A stretch of DNA of 63,841 nt, counting the filler, from Octopus bimaculoides (Eukaryota), in NCBI RefSeq assembly GCF_001194135.2. It is 6 parts of 6 records of this genome, joined end to end, with 100 filler letters (N's around TTAATTAATTAA, not from the genome) between each part and the next. Parts side by side here need not be neighbours in the genome. Positions count along the whole stretch, not along the records: positions 1 to 6,697 come from NC_068991.1; positions 6,798 to 32,774 come from NC_069003.1; 4 more parts are not named here. One strand, 5' to 3'. The notes under the pieces are model-generated. The model did no database searches. It had not been told where the DNA came from and saw only the letters and a list, made by a program, of their open reading frames with translations. Below are positions 1 to 13,268 of the stretch, one piece after another. Position 1 is the stretch's first letter; each line of letters opens with the position of its first letter. The position numbers were made by a program, and so were the translations under genes.

Positions 1-126
1 GCAAACAAGGAGAAACAAAGGGATTAAGTCGATTACATCGACGCCAGTGCGTAACTGGTACTTTGTTTATCGACCCCGAAAGGATGAAAGGCAAAGTCGA
101 CCTCGGAGGAATTTGAACTCAGAAAC
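1..126 (-). mobile_element. tRNA-derived SINE, family A (partial)
   Basis: Reverse complement matches the body of the copies at 5641-6069 (GAGTTCAAATT..GAGGTCGACTTTGCCTTTCATCCTTTCGGGGTCGATAAA). Confidence 0.75.
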
Positions 127-423
127 TTCAAGTCTCATAGAACCGAATCCAACACCATGTTTATTTATTTATTTATTTATTTATTTATTTTTTATTTATT
201 TATTATTTATTTATTTATCTATTTATATATGACATGACTATATCAATGAAGTGACTAATGACACAATTTCTAAGACGAAGGTCTGTATACATTGAAATGT
301 CATGTCTTTTTATCAATACAAGCTTGGCGATTGCATAATAATTTCGTAGCCAGCAGTTGTAATCTTATCAGATTCTCGTGAAGAGCTAAACAAGAATGGC
401 TGACCTTGGTATATGTATATATA

Positions 424-840
424 TCCTTTTATTCTGTCAATTGTTTCAGTCATTTGACTGCGGCCATACTGGAGCACCACCTTAAAGGGTTTTAAGTCGA
501 ACAAATCGACCCACTGCCTTATATCTTAAACCTAGTACTTTTTCGTTGGCCTCTTATGCCGAAGCGCTAGATTGCAAGAACGTAAACATACCAGCAACGA
601 TTATCAAGAAGTGGTGGTGGTGGTGGTGGGGGGGATAATCACAGACACGAAAACACACATACAAACACACACCCATACGACGGGCTTTTTTCAGTTTCCG
701 TCTACCAAATTCAGTCACAAAGCTTTGGTCATTCCGAAGCCATAGCAGAAGACTCTTGCACAAGGTGCCACGTAGTGTTGAACCAGGAACCATGTGATAG
801 GGAAACAGGCTTCTTACCAAACAGTCACGCCTGTTCCTAT
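424..840 (-). mobile_element. tRNA-derived SINE, family B (CORE-like central domain)
   Basis: Same layout as 11625-12038 and 14266-14731: tRNA-like head, GGCACCTTGGGCAAG-like core, internal CA/TA microsatellite, 3' part ending in GAAACAAGTAAAAG-like tail. Confidence 0.75.
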
Positions 841-1034
841 ATATGATAGGAAATCCATATTTCATTTGAAGGTGGATGTATGATTACGGTCAATTTCATT
901 GTTTCATATTAGTTTTATGCAACCCAAAGGAGGCGATATGGCGGAGTCGTTGGAACCCCGGACAGAGTGCTTAGTCACATTATTATATATGATATTAATA
1001 ATGACAAAAACCAATCGGGGTTAATTTATTACAG

Positions 1035-1190
1035 GATGGCGGCGAGCTGGTGGAAACATTAGCACGCCGGGGTCGATTTTTGCCCTTCATCTTCTCAGGG
1101 GCCATAAAACAAGCTCCAGTAAAGCACTGGATCTGATGCAATCGTCTGGGCCCTCCCCTATAAATTTCAAGCCTTGTGTTTATCCTGCAA
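1035..1190 (+). mobile_element. SINE family A, degenerate and internally deleted
   Basis: Begins GGCGGCGAGCTGGTGGAAACATTAGCACGCCGGG like 5641. Confidence 0.6.
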
Positions 1191-1237
1191 AAATATTATG
1201 GCACATAATATAGATATGCACTCAAATTTATGTATCG

Positions 1238-1283
<46 letters not shown>

Positions 1284-1544
1284 ATATGCATATATATATA
1301 CATATATATATGCATATACGCCAACTCTCATTTTTCTCAACTAGTTAAATAATGACTTCCTAGTGCAAAAGACACACTTCTTTTAGTTATTTTTCCTCCA
1401 TTTTCTTATCGTCTACATGCATATATACATATATGCATACGTAAACATTCGCACTCACACATATATACATATACATCTATATAAATACATGACCCTTCTG
1501 TCCGGCATTCGCCATGATAGATCGCTGACCACTACACATATTTT

Positions 1545-1770
1545 TTTCTCTCCTTGTTTCTCTCCTTGTTTCTTTCTGTGTTCNNNNNNNNNNTCTCTCC
1601 TTGTTTCTCTCCTTGTTTCTTTCTGTGTTCCTTTCTGTGTTCCTTTCTGTCGAAGAGCGTAGGCTCGAAACGTTAAAGACTTTCTCAATTCCCGAGCTTT
1701 ATACTTATACATCCATTTGTTGTTTACACCACCTGTCTTCGTCTGTTGTTTTTTCGTGAATTCTCCCTTA
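1545..1770 (+). repeat. 12-bp minisatellite followed by a dispersed repeat (possible Penelope-like terminal fragment) with a hammerhead-like motif
   Basis: TCTCCTTGTTTC and TTTCTGTGTTCC units, then CTGTCGAAGAGCGTAGGCTCGAAACGTT; the downstream ~105 bp recur at 4524-4630. Confidence 0.45.
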
Positions 1771-1787
1771 CATGTACATGCATACAT

Positions 1788-1985
<198 letters not shown>

Positions 1986-2502
1986 ATACATACACACTTA
2001 TATGTGTATATGAAACCAAAGTTATAATATATAAAAAAAATATAGACATAAATCGACTGATTTCAACAGCGACTGGACATTTTCACGTTCTCTGCATGTA
2101 TTTATCAAGTGATTTCAAATATTTAACATAATTTCAATAGAAATATAGAAAAATAAATTAAGCAAGACTATTTACATGTTATTCCCATTACAGTAACTCA
2201 ATGTTTATTCTGGATATGCAGATCACTAAATGTTTTTAATTAATTGCATTAAATGTTGCCTTATAATTTGAAAAACAACATGAAGCACAATAAAGCCTAA
2301 ATAGCACCATACGCACGCGCATTCATACACATATTCACGTACACACACACATATATACACATTAATACTTATACAAATACCAGTATCAGTTTATAAACAC
2401 ATACACATAATAACTATAATAATAAATAAATGATATACGTCTGTCTGTCCAGCTGTCGCTACCGCCTCTCTCTCTCTAAGATAGATAGATAGATAGATAG
2501 AC

Positions 2503-2543
<41 letters not shown>

Positions 2544-3660
2544 TAGTTAAATACATACATACACACTTATATGTGTATATGAAACCAAAGTTATAATGTA
2601 TAAAAAAATATAGACATAAATCGACTGATTTCAACAACGACACAATGCGAAGCAACTCAATGCTAATCCCTGTATATTTATGATGATAAATGGTTTTACC
2701 GATAAAGGTTTTTTCATACTGAACTACTTGGCAAAATTGTTAATTATTAATTCTATTATTAATTGACGATTCCCTGCCCTTATTCTTGTATATNNNNNNN
2801 NNNNNNNNNNNNNNNNNNNNNNNNNNNNNNNNNNNNNNNNNNNNNNNNNNNNNNNNNNNNNNNNNNNNNNNNNNNNNNNNNNNNNNNNNNNNNNNNNNNN
2901 NNNNNNNNNNNNNNNNNNNNNNNNNNNNNNNNNNNNNNNNNNNNNNNNNNNNNNNNNNNNNNNNNNNNNNNNNNNNNNNNNNNNNNNNNNNNNNNNNNNN
3001 NNNNNNNNNNNNNNNNNNNNNNNNNNNNNNNNNNNNNNNNNNNNNNNNNNNNNNNNNNNNNNNNNNNNNNNNNNNNNNNNNNNNNNNNNNNNNNNNNNNN
3101 NNNNNNNNNNNNNNNNNNNNNNNNNNNNNNNNNNNNNNNNNNNNNNNNNNNNNNNNNNNNNNNNNNNNNNNNNNNNNNNNNNNNNNNNNNNNNNNNNNNN
3201 NNNNNNNNNNNNNNNNNNNNNNNNNNNNNNNNNNNNNNNNNNNNNNNNNNNNNNNNNNNNNNNNNNNNNNNNNNNNNNNNNNNNNNNNNNNNNNNNNNNN
3301 NNNNNNNNNNNNNNNNNNNNNNNNNNNNNNNNNNNNNNNNNNNNNNNNNNNNNNNNNNNNNNNNNNNNNNNNNNNNNNNNNNNNNNNNNNNNNNNNNNNN
3401 NNNNNNNNNNNNNNNNNNNNNNNNNNNNNNNNNNNNNNNNNNNNNNNNNNNNNNNNNNNNNNNNNNNNNNNNNNNNNNNNNNNNNNNNNNNNNNNNNNNN
3501 NNNNNNNNNNNNNNNNNNNNNNNNNNNNNNNNNNNNNNNNNNNNNNNNNNNNNNNNNNNNNNNNNNNNNNNNNNNNNNNNNNNNNNNNNNNNNNNNNNNN
3601 NNNNNNNNNNNNNNNNNNNNNNNNNNNNNNNNNNNNNNNNNNNNNNNNNNNNTATATATA

Positions 3661-3698
<38 letters not shown>

Positions 3699-3793
3699 TG
3701 TGTACATGTATGGTTTTATACATCAGTCGAGATGAGAAGAGAAGCATGATGCACGTGTCCAACAGTTTCATGATAATAGAGGCATAATAGTTT

Positions 3794-4010
3794 TCGTAGG
3801 AAATGACGTAGCACGATCTCGGTTATTTATAATGAGAGACGAAACGAAACAGACCGAAAATGCCAAGAAGTGGGTTTCACTTACGATTCCGTTCCCCGTA
3901 AATAACCGATTTCGTTCCGTCTCTCAACGTAATACACACACATACACACACACACACTGAGGCACTCACACAGACATGCATAAAGATATTTGCTTCGTCA
4001 TTTCCTACGA
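3794..4010. mobile_element. MITE-like element with 20-bp terminal inverted repeats
   Basis: TCGTAGGAAATGACGTAGCA (3794-3813) vs reverse complement of TGCTTCGTCATTTCCTACGA (3991-4010), 19/20 match. Confidence 0.5.
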
Positions 4011-4338
4011 GAGTTACGGTACTCCGAGTCACTATAAATAGTGACCACGTGCTTAAGGTTTCTTTTTCTTTACGTCCTCGACTACCGACGAGTACTAATG
4101 TACGTACGAAATGTTAATTAATGTCTGGAGTAATTTTAATTTGATCGTTATTAGTATAGATTGGAGCTCATTAGAGATATATATATATGTAACAGCAAGC
4201 AAACTTCCATAGTTCTGTTGTAAACACTTGACTAATATGTAGTATAATTTAATATAATATATATATATGCGTGTTTGTGTGTGCTCATGTATGTTTGTAT
4301 ATATGGACATATATATACACACATATGTATATACATGT

Positions 4339-4523
4339 GGAAGTGCAATGGCTCGGTGGTTAGAACAGCGGACTCGCGGTCGTAGGGTCGCGGTTTTGAT
4401 TCCAGGACCGGGCGTTGTGAGTGTTTCTTGAGCGAAAACACCGAAAAGCTCCACGAGGCTCCGGCAGGGGTGGGTGGGGTGGCGAACTCTACTGTACTAT
4501 TTTCCACCACAACTTTCTCTCAC
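4339..4523 (+). mobile_element. tRNA-derived SINE, family C, 5' half
   Basis: Aligns to the 5' half of the TSD-flanked copy at 37666-38033 (TGGTTAG..CAGCGGACTCGCGG..GGGCGTTGTGAGTGTTT). Confidence 0.75.
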
Positions 4524-5640
4524 TGGAAACGTTAAAGACTTTTTTTCACTTCCCGAGCGTTAAACTAATACATCTGCTTGTTGTCTACACCACCTGTCTT
4601 CGTCTTTTGTTTTTTGTGAATTCTCCCTAATATATATATATATATATAAAACAAATAATAAATGAGTATATGCATATATACGTACAGCTATGTGCATACC
4701 TACGTCTACTTGTATATATAGGTGCATATCTGGGTACAGGACATTGCAAACAAAACGTAGACAAAAAAATAATAATAACCAGATTACAGAACACACACAG
4801 GCCACATAGAGAACATTTTCCTTCATCAGCGACCCCCATTCTAACACAGGCGTTATGTATGTATACTTAGCGACATTTTGTCCACCNNNNNNNNNNNNNN
4901 NNNNNNNNNNNNNNNNNNNNNNNNNNNNNNNNNNNNNNNNNNNNNNNNNNNNNNNNNNNNNNNNNNNNNNNNNNNNNNNNNNNNNNNNNNNNNNNNNNNN
5001 NNNNNNNNNNNNNNNNNNNNNNNNNNNNNNNNNNNNNNNNNNNNNNNNNNNNNNNNNNNNNNNNNNNNNNNNNNNNNNNNNNNNNNNNNNNNNNNNNNNN
5101 NNNNNNNNNNNNNNNNNNNNNNNNNNNNNNNNNNNNNNNNNNNNACATAGCTTCGTTTTCGACATCCACCTCAAGTACCGGCACCACCAACATCATCAAC
5201 ATCGTCACCAACATCACCACTAGCACCACCACCACCACCACTGCCATCGCCACCACCACCACCACCACCACAACCACCACCACTGCCATCGCCACTGCCG
5301 CCGCCACGGTAACTCCCAAGAAGCTCAGCATATCATCATAGCGCAATTATCAGTGAAACATTAGTAATGCCGTCGCCACCATCAGCACCAGCGTCACACC
5401 CTCCACCACAGCATAACCACCAACACCACCAATACCACCACCATTATCAGCATAAAACAACCGTTAAGACTATCACACAAACAATTGCAGAAACATCACC
5501 ATCACCATCACCATCACCATCATCACTACCATCTCTCGAAAAACGATTATGATTTAGTCAAACTGTGCGGGAGCCAATATGTGGTTGCAAGACCTTCAAG
5601 AAATGCAACATTAATGCAACAATACTTGACTGCTTGCTTT

Positions 5641-6069
5641 AAGGCGGCGAGCTGGCAGAAACGTTAGCACGCCGGGTGAAATGCTTAGCGGTATTTCGTC
5701 TGCCGTTACGTTCTGAGTTCAAATTCCGCCGAGGTCGACTTTGCCTTACATGTTTTCGGGATCGACAAATGAAGAACCAGTTGCGTGTTGGGGCTGATCT
5801 AATCGACTGGCCCCCTCTCCCAAAATTTTGTGCTTAGAGAAGAAAAGCATATTTTAAGGCGGCGAACTGGCAGAAACGTTACTACGCCGGGTGAGATGCT
5901 TAGCGGTATTTTGTCTGTCTTTACGTTCTGAGTTCAAATTCGGCCGAGGTCGACTTTGCCTTTCATACTTTCCGGGTCGACAAATTAAGAATCAATTGCG
6001 TACTGCGGTCGATCTGATCGACTGGCCTCCTCCCGCAAAATTTCGGACTTTGTACTTACAGTAGAAAAG
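5641..6069 (+). mobile_element. Head-to-tail dimer of SINE family A
   Basis: Two ~210-bp copies starting AAGGCGGCGAGCTGGCAGAAACGTT and AAGGCGGCGAACTGGCAGAAACGTT; A-box-like TGGCAGAAACGTTAGC and B-box-like GAGTTCAAATTC. Confidence 0.85.
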
Positions 6070-6578
6070 AATACTTGATTGCTACTTTACTCTATCGGAC
6101 CCGGAAGGATAAAAAGCAAAAATCGAACTCGGCGGAATATGAACTGCTTAACATTGTTCTAACGATTCTGCATTAACAACAACAACAATAGCAACAGCAG
6201 CAGCTGTTGCATCAAAATCCACCACCTTCCAAAACAATAACTATCCCGGCAACACCACCACCACCAGTATAAGCAGTAATTGCATACACACACATCACAT
6301 ATATGGTTGACACACCTTTACAGTGGCAGCCATTGTTGTCATCACCGTCACCACCACTGCCGCTACAGTCACCGCGGCCGCTGCCACCACCGTGTACCGC
6401 TGTCACCGCCGCTGCCATCACCGTGTACCTCTGCCACCACCGCTGCCTTTGCCCCATCGATAGAACCCGTTACCCCAGCACCCTCACAGCTTATATGATA
6501 ACCACAACCGCATCAGTACCAACATTCCCTCTTCATTTTCCCACATTACCATACGTTTCTCCAACGCCAATATAACTT

Positions 6579-6623
<45 letters not shown>

Positions 6624-6697
6624 CATGCGTACACACTCTTTCTGTCTCTCCACCCTGAACACACCCTTAACCACACACAGCCCTTCCCGCCACCCAC

Positions 6698-6797
6698 NNN
6701 NNNNNNNNNNNNNNNNNNNNNNNNNNNNNNNNNNNNNNNNNTTAATTAATTAANNNNNNNNNNNNNNNNNNNNNNNNNNNNNNNNNNNNNNNNNNNN
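6698..6797. other. Artificial scaffold join (44N-TTAATTAATTAA-44N)
   Basis: Exact 100-bp structure repeated five times; the linker has stops in all six frames. Confidence 0.9.
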
Positions 6798-7099
6798 TTT
6801 AAACCTAACAAAACTCTCAACTCTCATGCATCCTTATTTTTCCTACCAATTTATACATGAACTACTATTGAACTACAAAAGCTCAAAGACAGTATAATGT
6901 ATGGGTATATTTATTTTTTTTATATATTATTGTTTTATATATTATTTTCTTCATTTTGTACTTTTTTGTACTTCTTTGTAAAAAAACATTTTCATTCTCC
7001 TTCTTCTTGATAATTTGCTCCATCGCAATGAAAACCGGTTAGAAAAAAATCTTTATTAAATTATGCTTCCAGTTCAGCATTCTGGCTTTTTTTCATTTT

Positions 7100-7139
<40 letters not shown>

Positions 7140-7277
7140 TCTATAGATATATTACTGTGCTTATATATGGATGTATATGTATATATACATATATGTATGT
7201 TTGAACACAAGTATGTATATGTGTGTATGTGTTAATACTTATATTAATACATGCATATATATTTATACATACTTTAT

Positions 7278-7308
<31 letters not shown>

Positions 7309-7324
7309 CACATACATATATATA

Positions 7325-7399
<75 letters not shown>

Positions 7400-7762
7400 A
7401 TGTATGCATGTATATATGTTAATTCTTTCATTTGAGACTTGCTGACTGCGTGTTCCTGCTTTTGCCTCATTATTATACCAGCTCGACTGATGTATTGAAC
7501 TTATGAAGTTTGCAAGTTCACAAAAATATATTTTGTAAATCGAGTGATGCCTTGAATATGTACTGTATGTGTACGTTGTATATATCTGTGTAATTTAGAA
7601 TTCCAGTGTTCCTGGAAGTATATGGCTGTTATGCATATACTATGCTTATAAATAATATCTAAAATTTATCATGACTGAATTCGTAGTAAGGTGGATGCGG
7701 GATCATTTTCTCTGTTCGATACTATCGTGTGTGTGGTGTGTATGCGTGCGTGCCTGGGTGTA

Positions 7763-7804
<42 letters not shown>

Positions 7805-7892
7805 CGCGCGTGCGTGCGTGCGTGTGTATGTGGACATATGTATGTATCTGTATACATGTGTATATGTATTCACTGTAATATTTCTGTTGCAG

Positions 7893-8009
7893 ATGCACGA
7901 TGAATTTGGTAAAGTGGCCCACAAGATGCCAATCCACATCGTAGAACCGGTGGAAAAGATGATAAACCGAGATATCAGATACAGACCAACAGCTCAGGCC
8001 TTCGCTCTT
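7893..8009 (+). CDS. SCYL2: SCYL2-like pseudokinase, internal exon (end of kinase-like domain)
   Basis: tgttgcAG|..|GTGAGT, 117 nt phase 0; MHDEFGKVAHKMPIHIVEPVEKMINRDIRYRPTAQAFAL resembles the SCY1-family subdomain XI (..LL.....RP.A..). Confidence 0.8.
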
Positions 8010-8236
8010 GTGAGTCTCTTTCTTTTCTATTGTAATTCATTGAAGGTGGCAGTGGTGGTCGTGGTCGTGGCCAGAAATGATATGCTTTTAATGATGATAG
8101 GGGAAAGAAGAACGGATGGTAGAAGAGGAAAAGGAGGGAAAAGAGGAGGGGGAGGAGGAGCAGAAGCAGCAGGGAGTGAAGAAGGTGTAGAACGAGAACG
8201 ATGACAAAAACGTTGATGATAATGACGATGACGATC

Positions 8237-8276
<40 letters not shown>

Positions 8277-8894
8277 CGATGATGATGATGATGATGATGA
8301 AGACACCGAGACGACGATGTTCATGATGTTGACGATGACATCGATGAACAAGACACCGACGGTAACGGTCATGTTGGTTATGATGACGTCGACGACCACC
8401 ACAAAGAGAACGATAATAATGTCGACGACTACAGCGATGATGATGGCGACGACAAAGGCGATGACAATGACGACGCTGACGTTGATTATGATGACAGCAA
8501 CGCCGATGATGACGATTACGATGACGACCACGAACGACTACAACGATCACGATAACATCGGCAACAATGACGACGATGTCGATAAAAGCATTTATTAAGC
8601 AGCAAGAAATTATGGAATCCTAACAAGCAATTAATCAGTCAAGCAACGAAGCAGTTAATTGAGCAAGCAGCTGAGCATGAAAGTGATTTCCATAACTGAT
8701 ATTGTCTGCGTAATAACGATGGAACAGAGAGAGAGAGGGGGGGAAGGAGGGAGAAACATTAACAAATGTGAAACTGCAACAAGGAGACATGCTTGGTCTG
8801 CTTCTATTTTTCTGAATATTCAATTAATAACTAAGTTTAGATTCTGACTAAAGTTGGATGGTGATGATGATTGGGAGGAGGAGGAGGAGGAGGN

Positions 8895-9010
8895 NNNNNN
8901 NNNGAGGAGGAGGAAGAGAGGAGGAGGAAGAGAGGAGGAGGAAGAGAGGAGGAGGAAGAGAGGAGGAGGAAGAGAGGAGGAGGAAGAGAGGAGGAGGAAG
9001 AGAGGAGGAC
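8895..9010. repeat. 15-bp purine minisatellite (GAGGAGGAGGAAGAG)n
   Basis: Direct reading. Confidence 0.9.
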
Positions 9011-9179
9011 GACAGACAACAATAACGTTGATGTAAATGACAATGACGACAGCGACGACATTTACGCTAATTGTAATTACAACACTAATAACAGCAACAA
9101 CAACAACAACAACAACAACAATAATAATAATAATAATAATAATAATGATGATGATGATGATGATGATCTTTTCTACTTA

Positions 9180-9355
9180 AAGCACAAGGCCTGAAATTTG
9201 GGGGGAGGGGACTAGTCGAGTATAGCGACACCAGTGTTTCACTGGTACCTACCCGAAAGGATGAAAGGCAAAGTCGGCCTCGTGGAATTTGAACTCAGAA
9301 CATAAAGAAGGGCGAAATGTCGTTAAGCTTTTTGTCCGGCGTGCTAACGATTGTG
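9180..9355 (-). mobile_element. SINE family A
   Basis: Reverse complement of the family A head and body. Confidence 0.7.
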
Positions 9356-10585
9356 CCACCAGTGAAATAATTGAAATTGATAGAAAAATCCGCAAGCTAC
9401 TGACTTGTAATAGGATGCACCATCCAAAGGCAGACGTGGATCGACTTTATCTTCCCACGTACAAAACCACTACAATCGGACTGGCCAAATATCTTGAAAC
9501 AACCAACGATTGGATGTTAAAACTTGTTGAAAAACATGAAAGACCGAAGAAACTTCACTCTATTCTGAAAGAGAGTAAAAAATTCGCTACTGATCTCTTA
9601 GATACCTACCAGCTTGATAAGGTTGAAGAAAATGCGTCAACTGCTGCTGCAAAGAAAAGAAAATTAATTGCAAAGACAAAAGCACATGAAAAATTAGCTA
9701 GCAGATGGGAACAGAAACCTCTGCATGGCAATTATGTGGCCCGTAGCAAACAAGCTACGACCAGAAACACACGCATCAATGGTTACGAAGCTCAGGGTTA
9801 AAAGCAGAGAGTGAAGGTTTCATATTAGCTGCTCGAGACCAAAGCTTATTAACCCGGAACTACCAAGCCAATATGATAAAAAATGGAGCTGACCCAAAAT
9901 GCCGATTCTGTAACGATGAGATTGAAACTATAGACCACNNNNNNNNNNNNNNNNNNNNNNNNNNNNNNNNNNNNNNNNNNNNNNNNNNNNNNNNNNNNNN
10001 NNNNNNNNNNNNNNNNNNNNNNNNNNNNNNNNNNNNNNNNNNNNNNNNNNNNNNNNNNNNNNNNNNNNNNNNNNNNNNNNNNNNNNNNNNNNNNNNNNNN
10101 NNNNNNNNNNNNNNNNNNNNNNNNNNNNNNNNNNNNNNNNNNNNNNNNNNNNNNNNNNNNNNNNNNNNNNNNNNNNNNNNNNNNNNNNNNNNNNNNNNNN
10201 NNNNNNNNNNNNNNNNNNNNNNNNNNNNNNNNNNNNNNNNNNNNNNNNNNNNNNNNNNNNNNNNNNNNNNNNNNNNNNNNNNNNNNNNNNNNNNNNNNNN
10301 NNNNNNNNNNNNNNNNNNNNCATGAGTATTCCTTGCCATCACAATATAGCGGCAAAACAATTTGACAAGATCAGTAAATATAAAGACTTGCTGATAGAAA
10401 TTGAAAAAATGTGGCATCTCAAGGCGACTACTGTACCAGTGATTGTAGGATCTCTAGGAATGATAAAAAAAAAAAGGTATTGAAACCTATTTGAAAATGA
10501 TACAGGCTTACCATCCCTACAGGAAGTGCAAAAAATCATGTTAACTTGAATGACTCATGTACTGAGAAGAGCATTATCGCTGTGA
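9356..10585 (+). mobile_element. 5'-truncated non-LTR retrotransposon with restriction-like endonuclease (R4/Dong-like), gap-interrupted
   Basis: KIRKLLTCNRMHHPKADVDRLYLP; GLKAESEGFILAARDQSL; CRFCNDEIETIDH zinc knuckle; K.SKYKDLLIEIEKMW..VPVIVGSLG RLE tail. Confidence 0.8.
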
Positions 10586-10619
10586 AAACAACATCCATTC
10601 ATGAATTTATTTAATTATT

Positions 10620-11423
10620 AAAAGGCGAGAATGGCAAGATTATACGAAAAGAAGGTGAAAGAGGGTTAATATCTGAAGAAGACTGCGTGGCGTTAGCTAT
10701 AGTAGATATAGACTCCCATGTAGGTAATAGTGAAGAAAGGTTATTAAAAGTTGCTAAAGTTACAGCAAGACAAAGGGAAACCAAAAACCTAAACGAAGTC
10801 AAAAACTAGAAAAAAGAACAGAAATTATCTGACTGGTAGGTTGCATGGTAGATTCCCCGAAGATAGTTGCAGCACAGGGAGACATGGCGATGATTGCAAA
10901 AAGGAAAGCTGAAAAGGGAAACAGAAAGTTTGTTTGTAGCCGCACAAGCATTAAGGACTAATTGGATAAAAGTCAAGATAGACAAAAACCAAGTAGATTC
11001 TCAATGTAGGTTATGCAAATCAAAGGAGGAGAGCGTTACTCTTATAGTAAGTGAATGTAGCAGGCTGGCACGGAAAGAATACAAGACATGACAATCTCGG
11101 GAGAGAAATCCACCGGGAATTATGTAGAAAGCTAGGATTTGAACATACTAATAAATGGTATGAACATGAATCAAAGTAGGACCTAGTCATTGAATTACGG
11201 AGACTATGGAAAGTGCGGGTAAAATGTATCCCAATAGTTATAGATGCATTGGGAACTATCCCCAAAGATCTGAACAGATGGCTATAGGAAATAGGCATGA
11301 AACCCAGTTTAGTACAGCTGCAGGATACTTAGGAGGGTTCTTGGTGTCTAAGGTTACTTGTTGTAACCCGATGCTAGTTTTTTTTTTTACTTTTCCAAGT
11401 CTAATCTGTTGTGTGTATACGAA

Positions 11424-11483
<60 letters not shown>
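10620..11483 (+). mobile_element. Second RLE-type LINE 3' fragment with (TAA)n tail
   Basis: KGKLKRETESLFVAAQ, CRLCKSKEESVTLIVSECSRLA; frameshifted; ends in an AAT repeat at ~11425-11483. Confidence 0.75.
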
Positions 11484-11484
<1 letters not shown>

Positions 11485-11624
11485 TGAAAATAATACCAGT
11501 AATAATTGGAGCATTTTGCCTGATAGAAAAATGCATATGAACAAAAACGTAGATGCTATACTTAGATCCTCAACATTACACACTTTCCAAAAAATAGCCC
11601 TGCTAGGAACAGCCCACATCTCTC

Positions 11625-12038
11625 TTTCTCTCTTTACACTTTCGCTTGTTTCAGTCTTTTTACTGTGTCCATGCTGGAGCACCGCCTTTTAGTCGAGCAA
11701 CTCGACCCCAGGACTTATTCTTTGGAAGCCTATTACTTATTCTATCGTTCCCTTTTGCCGAACCGCTAGGTTACGGGGACGTAAACACATCAGCATCGGT
11801 TGTCAAGCGATGTTGGGGTGGGACAAACCCAGACGCACAAACACATACACACATACATATATATATACATATATACGACGGGTTTCTTTCAGTTTCCGTC
11901 TACCAAATCCAATCACAAGGCTTTGGTCGGCCCGAGGCTATAGTAGAAGACACTTGCCCAAGATGCCACGCAGTGGGATTGAACCCGGAACCATGTGATT
12001 ATTAAGCAAGCTACTTACCACACAGCCACTCCCACGCC
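11625..12038 (-). mobile_element. SINE family B, near full length
   Basis: Reverse complement begins with a tRNA-like GTGGCTGTGTGGTAAGTAGCTTGC..GGTTCAATCCC head followed by the CORE-like GGCATCTTGGGCAAGTGTC. Confidence 0.8.
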
Positions 12039-13192
12039 ACATCCTAGGCAATACACTATCAATTCAATAAAACAACCCAAACAAAACAATCCACACGCAC
12101 AATACACTCTATATAGTAAACATCCAATAAAATAAGCTACCACCAGCAGCCTAGATACTCAATGCATTACACACACAACACTAATACAACAAAAGACTTC
12201 ACCACACCTCATAACAGAAAAGAAACTGATGCAATACAGTACTGGGAAGACTTTTCAGACTCCCAATAACAAAAAAAAGAACACCGCAACAGAAACCCCA
12301 GCAACACGGATGTGTAGCAGGTGATGCACTAGAAATTTGCCTGAAACTACCAAATATTGAATAATAACAGTAATAATAGCGAATCCTTTTTAAGTATCTT
12401 AAACTCCATACTTACCAAAAAAAATTATTGATCAGAAGACTAGAAAGGTGACAGATATTTAGCAGACAGATGAACCTGTAAAAATGTTATAGGGTATTAC
12501 TGTTCAAACAGATAGATTGATAGAACAGCGTCTAATCGGGTACCGATGTCTTTGAGAAAGAAGCATGGTGGGAGCTGTAACTAATAGTCAATCTTTTGAA
12601 AATTCTTTAAAATTTTTGTGAACTTATGTGAGTGTATGTATTAGTAGTTATGTGCGTATACGTCTATGCATTTATATATACGTATGTATGTGTGCTTGCC
12701 TATGTAAACTGACCACATACAGTACTGGACCACTTATCCGGCTCCCAAGAAACCGGGAATGCTCATGCAATATATTGTATTTAGTATTTAGTAAAGAGGC
12801 CCTGTTTTTCTAATGGGCTAATTTACATACGTTAAAAGTAGTTCTATTGTTTACCTTTTCTAAGTGGATTGATAATGATTTAACATTCTCTGCTTTAGAA
12901 GTATATTCATTTTTACCTGTATCTCTTTACTTTTCCTCGTTTAAGTTTCATCCTATAATCATTATACTGTGTAAATGATACAATGCGAAATATTTTTTTT
13001 AAAATTAAGCCGATTAATAAATATCAAACAGATCATGCTACAAAAATGTATTAATTTGAATCTATTTTCTATAATATATTTTATATTTAAAATATATATT
13101 TAGGCTGTCGCCAGAAAACAGAAAAATCTAGAACTCCGCGATACCTCTGGCCCCAAGCTTGCCGGATAATGATAAACTTTTTCTCCCTCTCT

Positions 13193-13242
<50 letters not shown>

Positions 13243-13268
13243 ACCCCCCGCTACTCGTCTATTTCCAG

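Noticed and set aside
1545-1647. Short regular repeats as a CRISPR-like array
   Set aside because: 12-bp tandem units without unique spacers in a eukaryotic context, and no cas genes.
8180-8580. Long D/T/M-rich ORFs from GAT/GAC cryptic trinucleotide repeats (similarly 5160-5520 and 6170-6500)
   Set aside because: Intronic or intergenic simple sequence that is open in several frames, with no splice sites linking it to the SCYL2-like exons.
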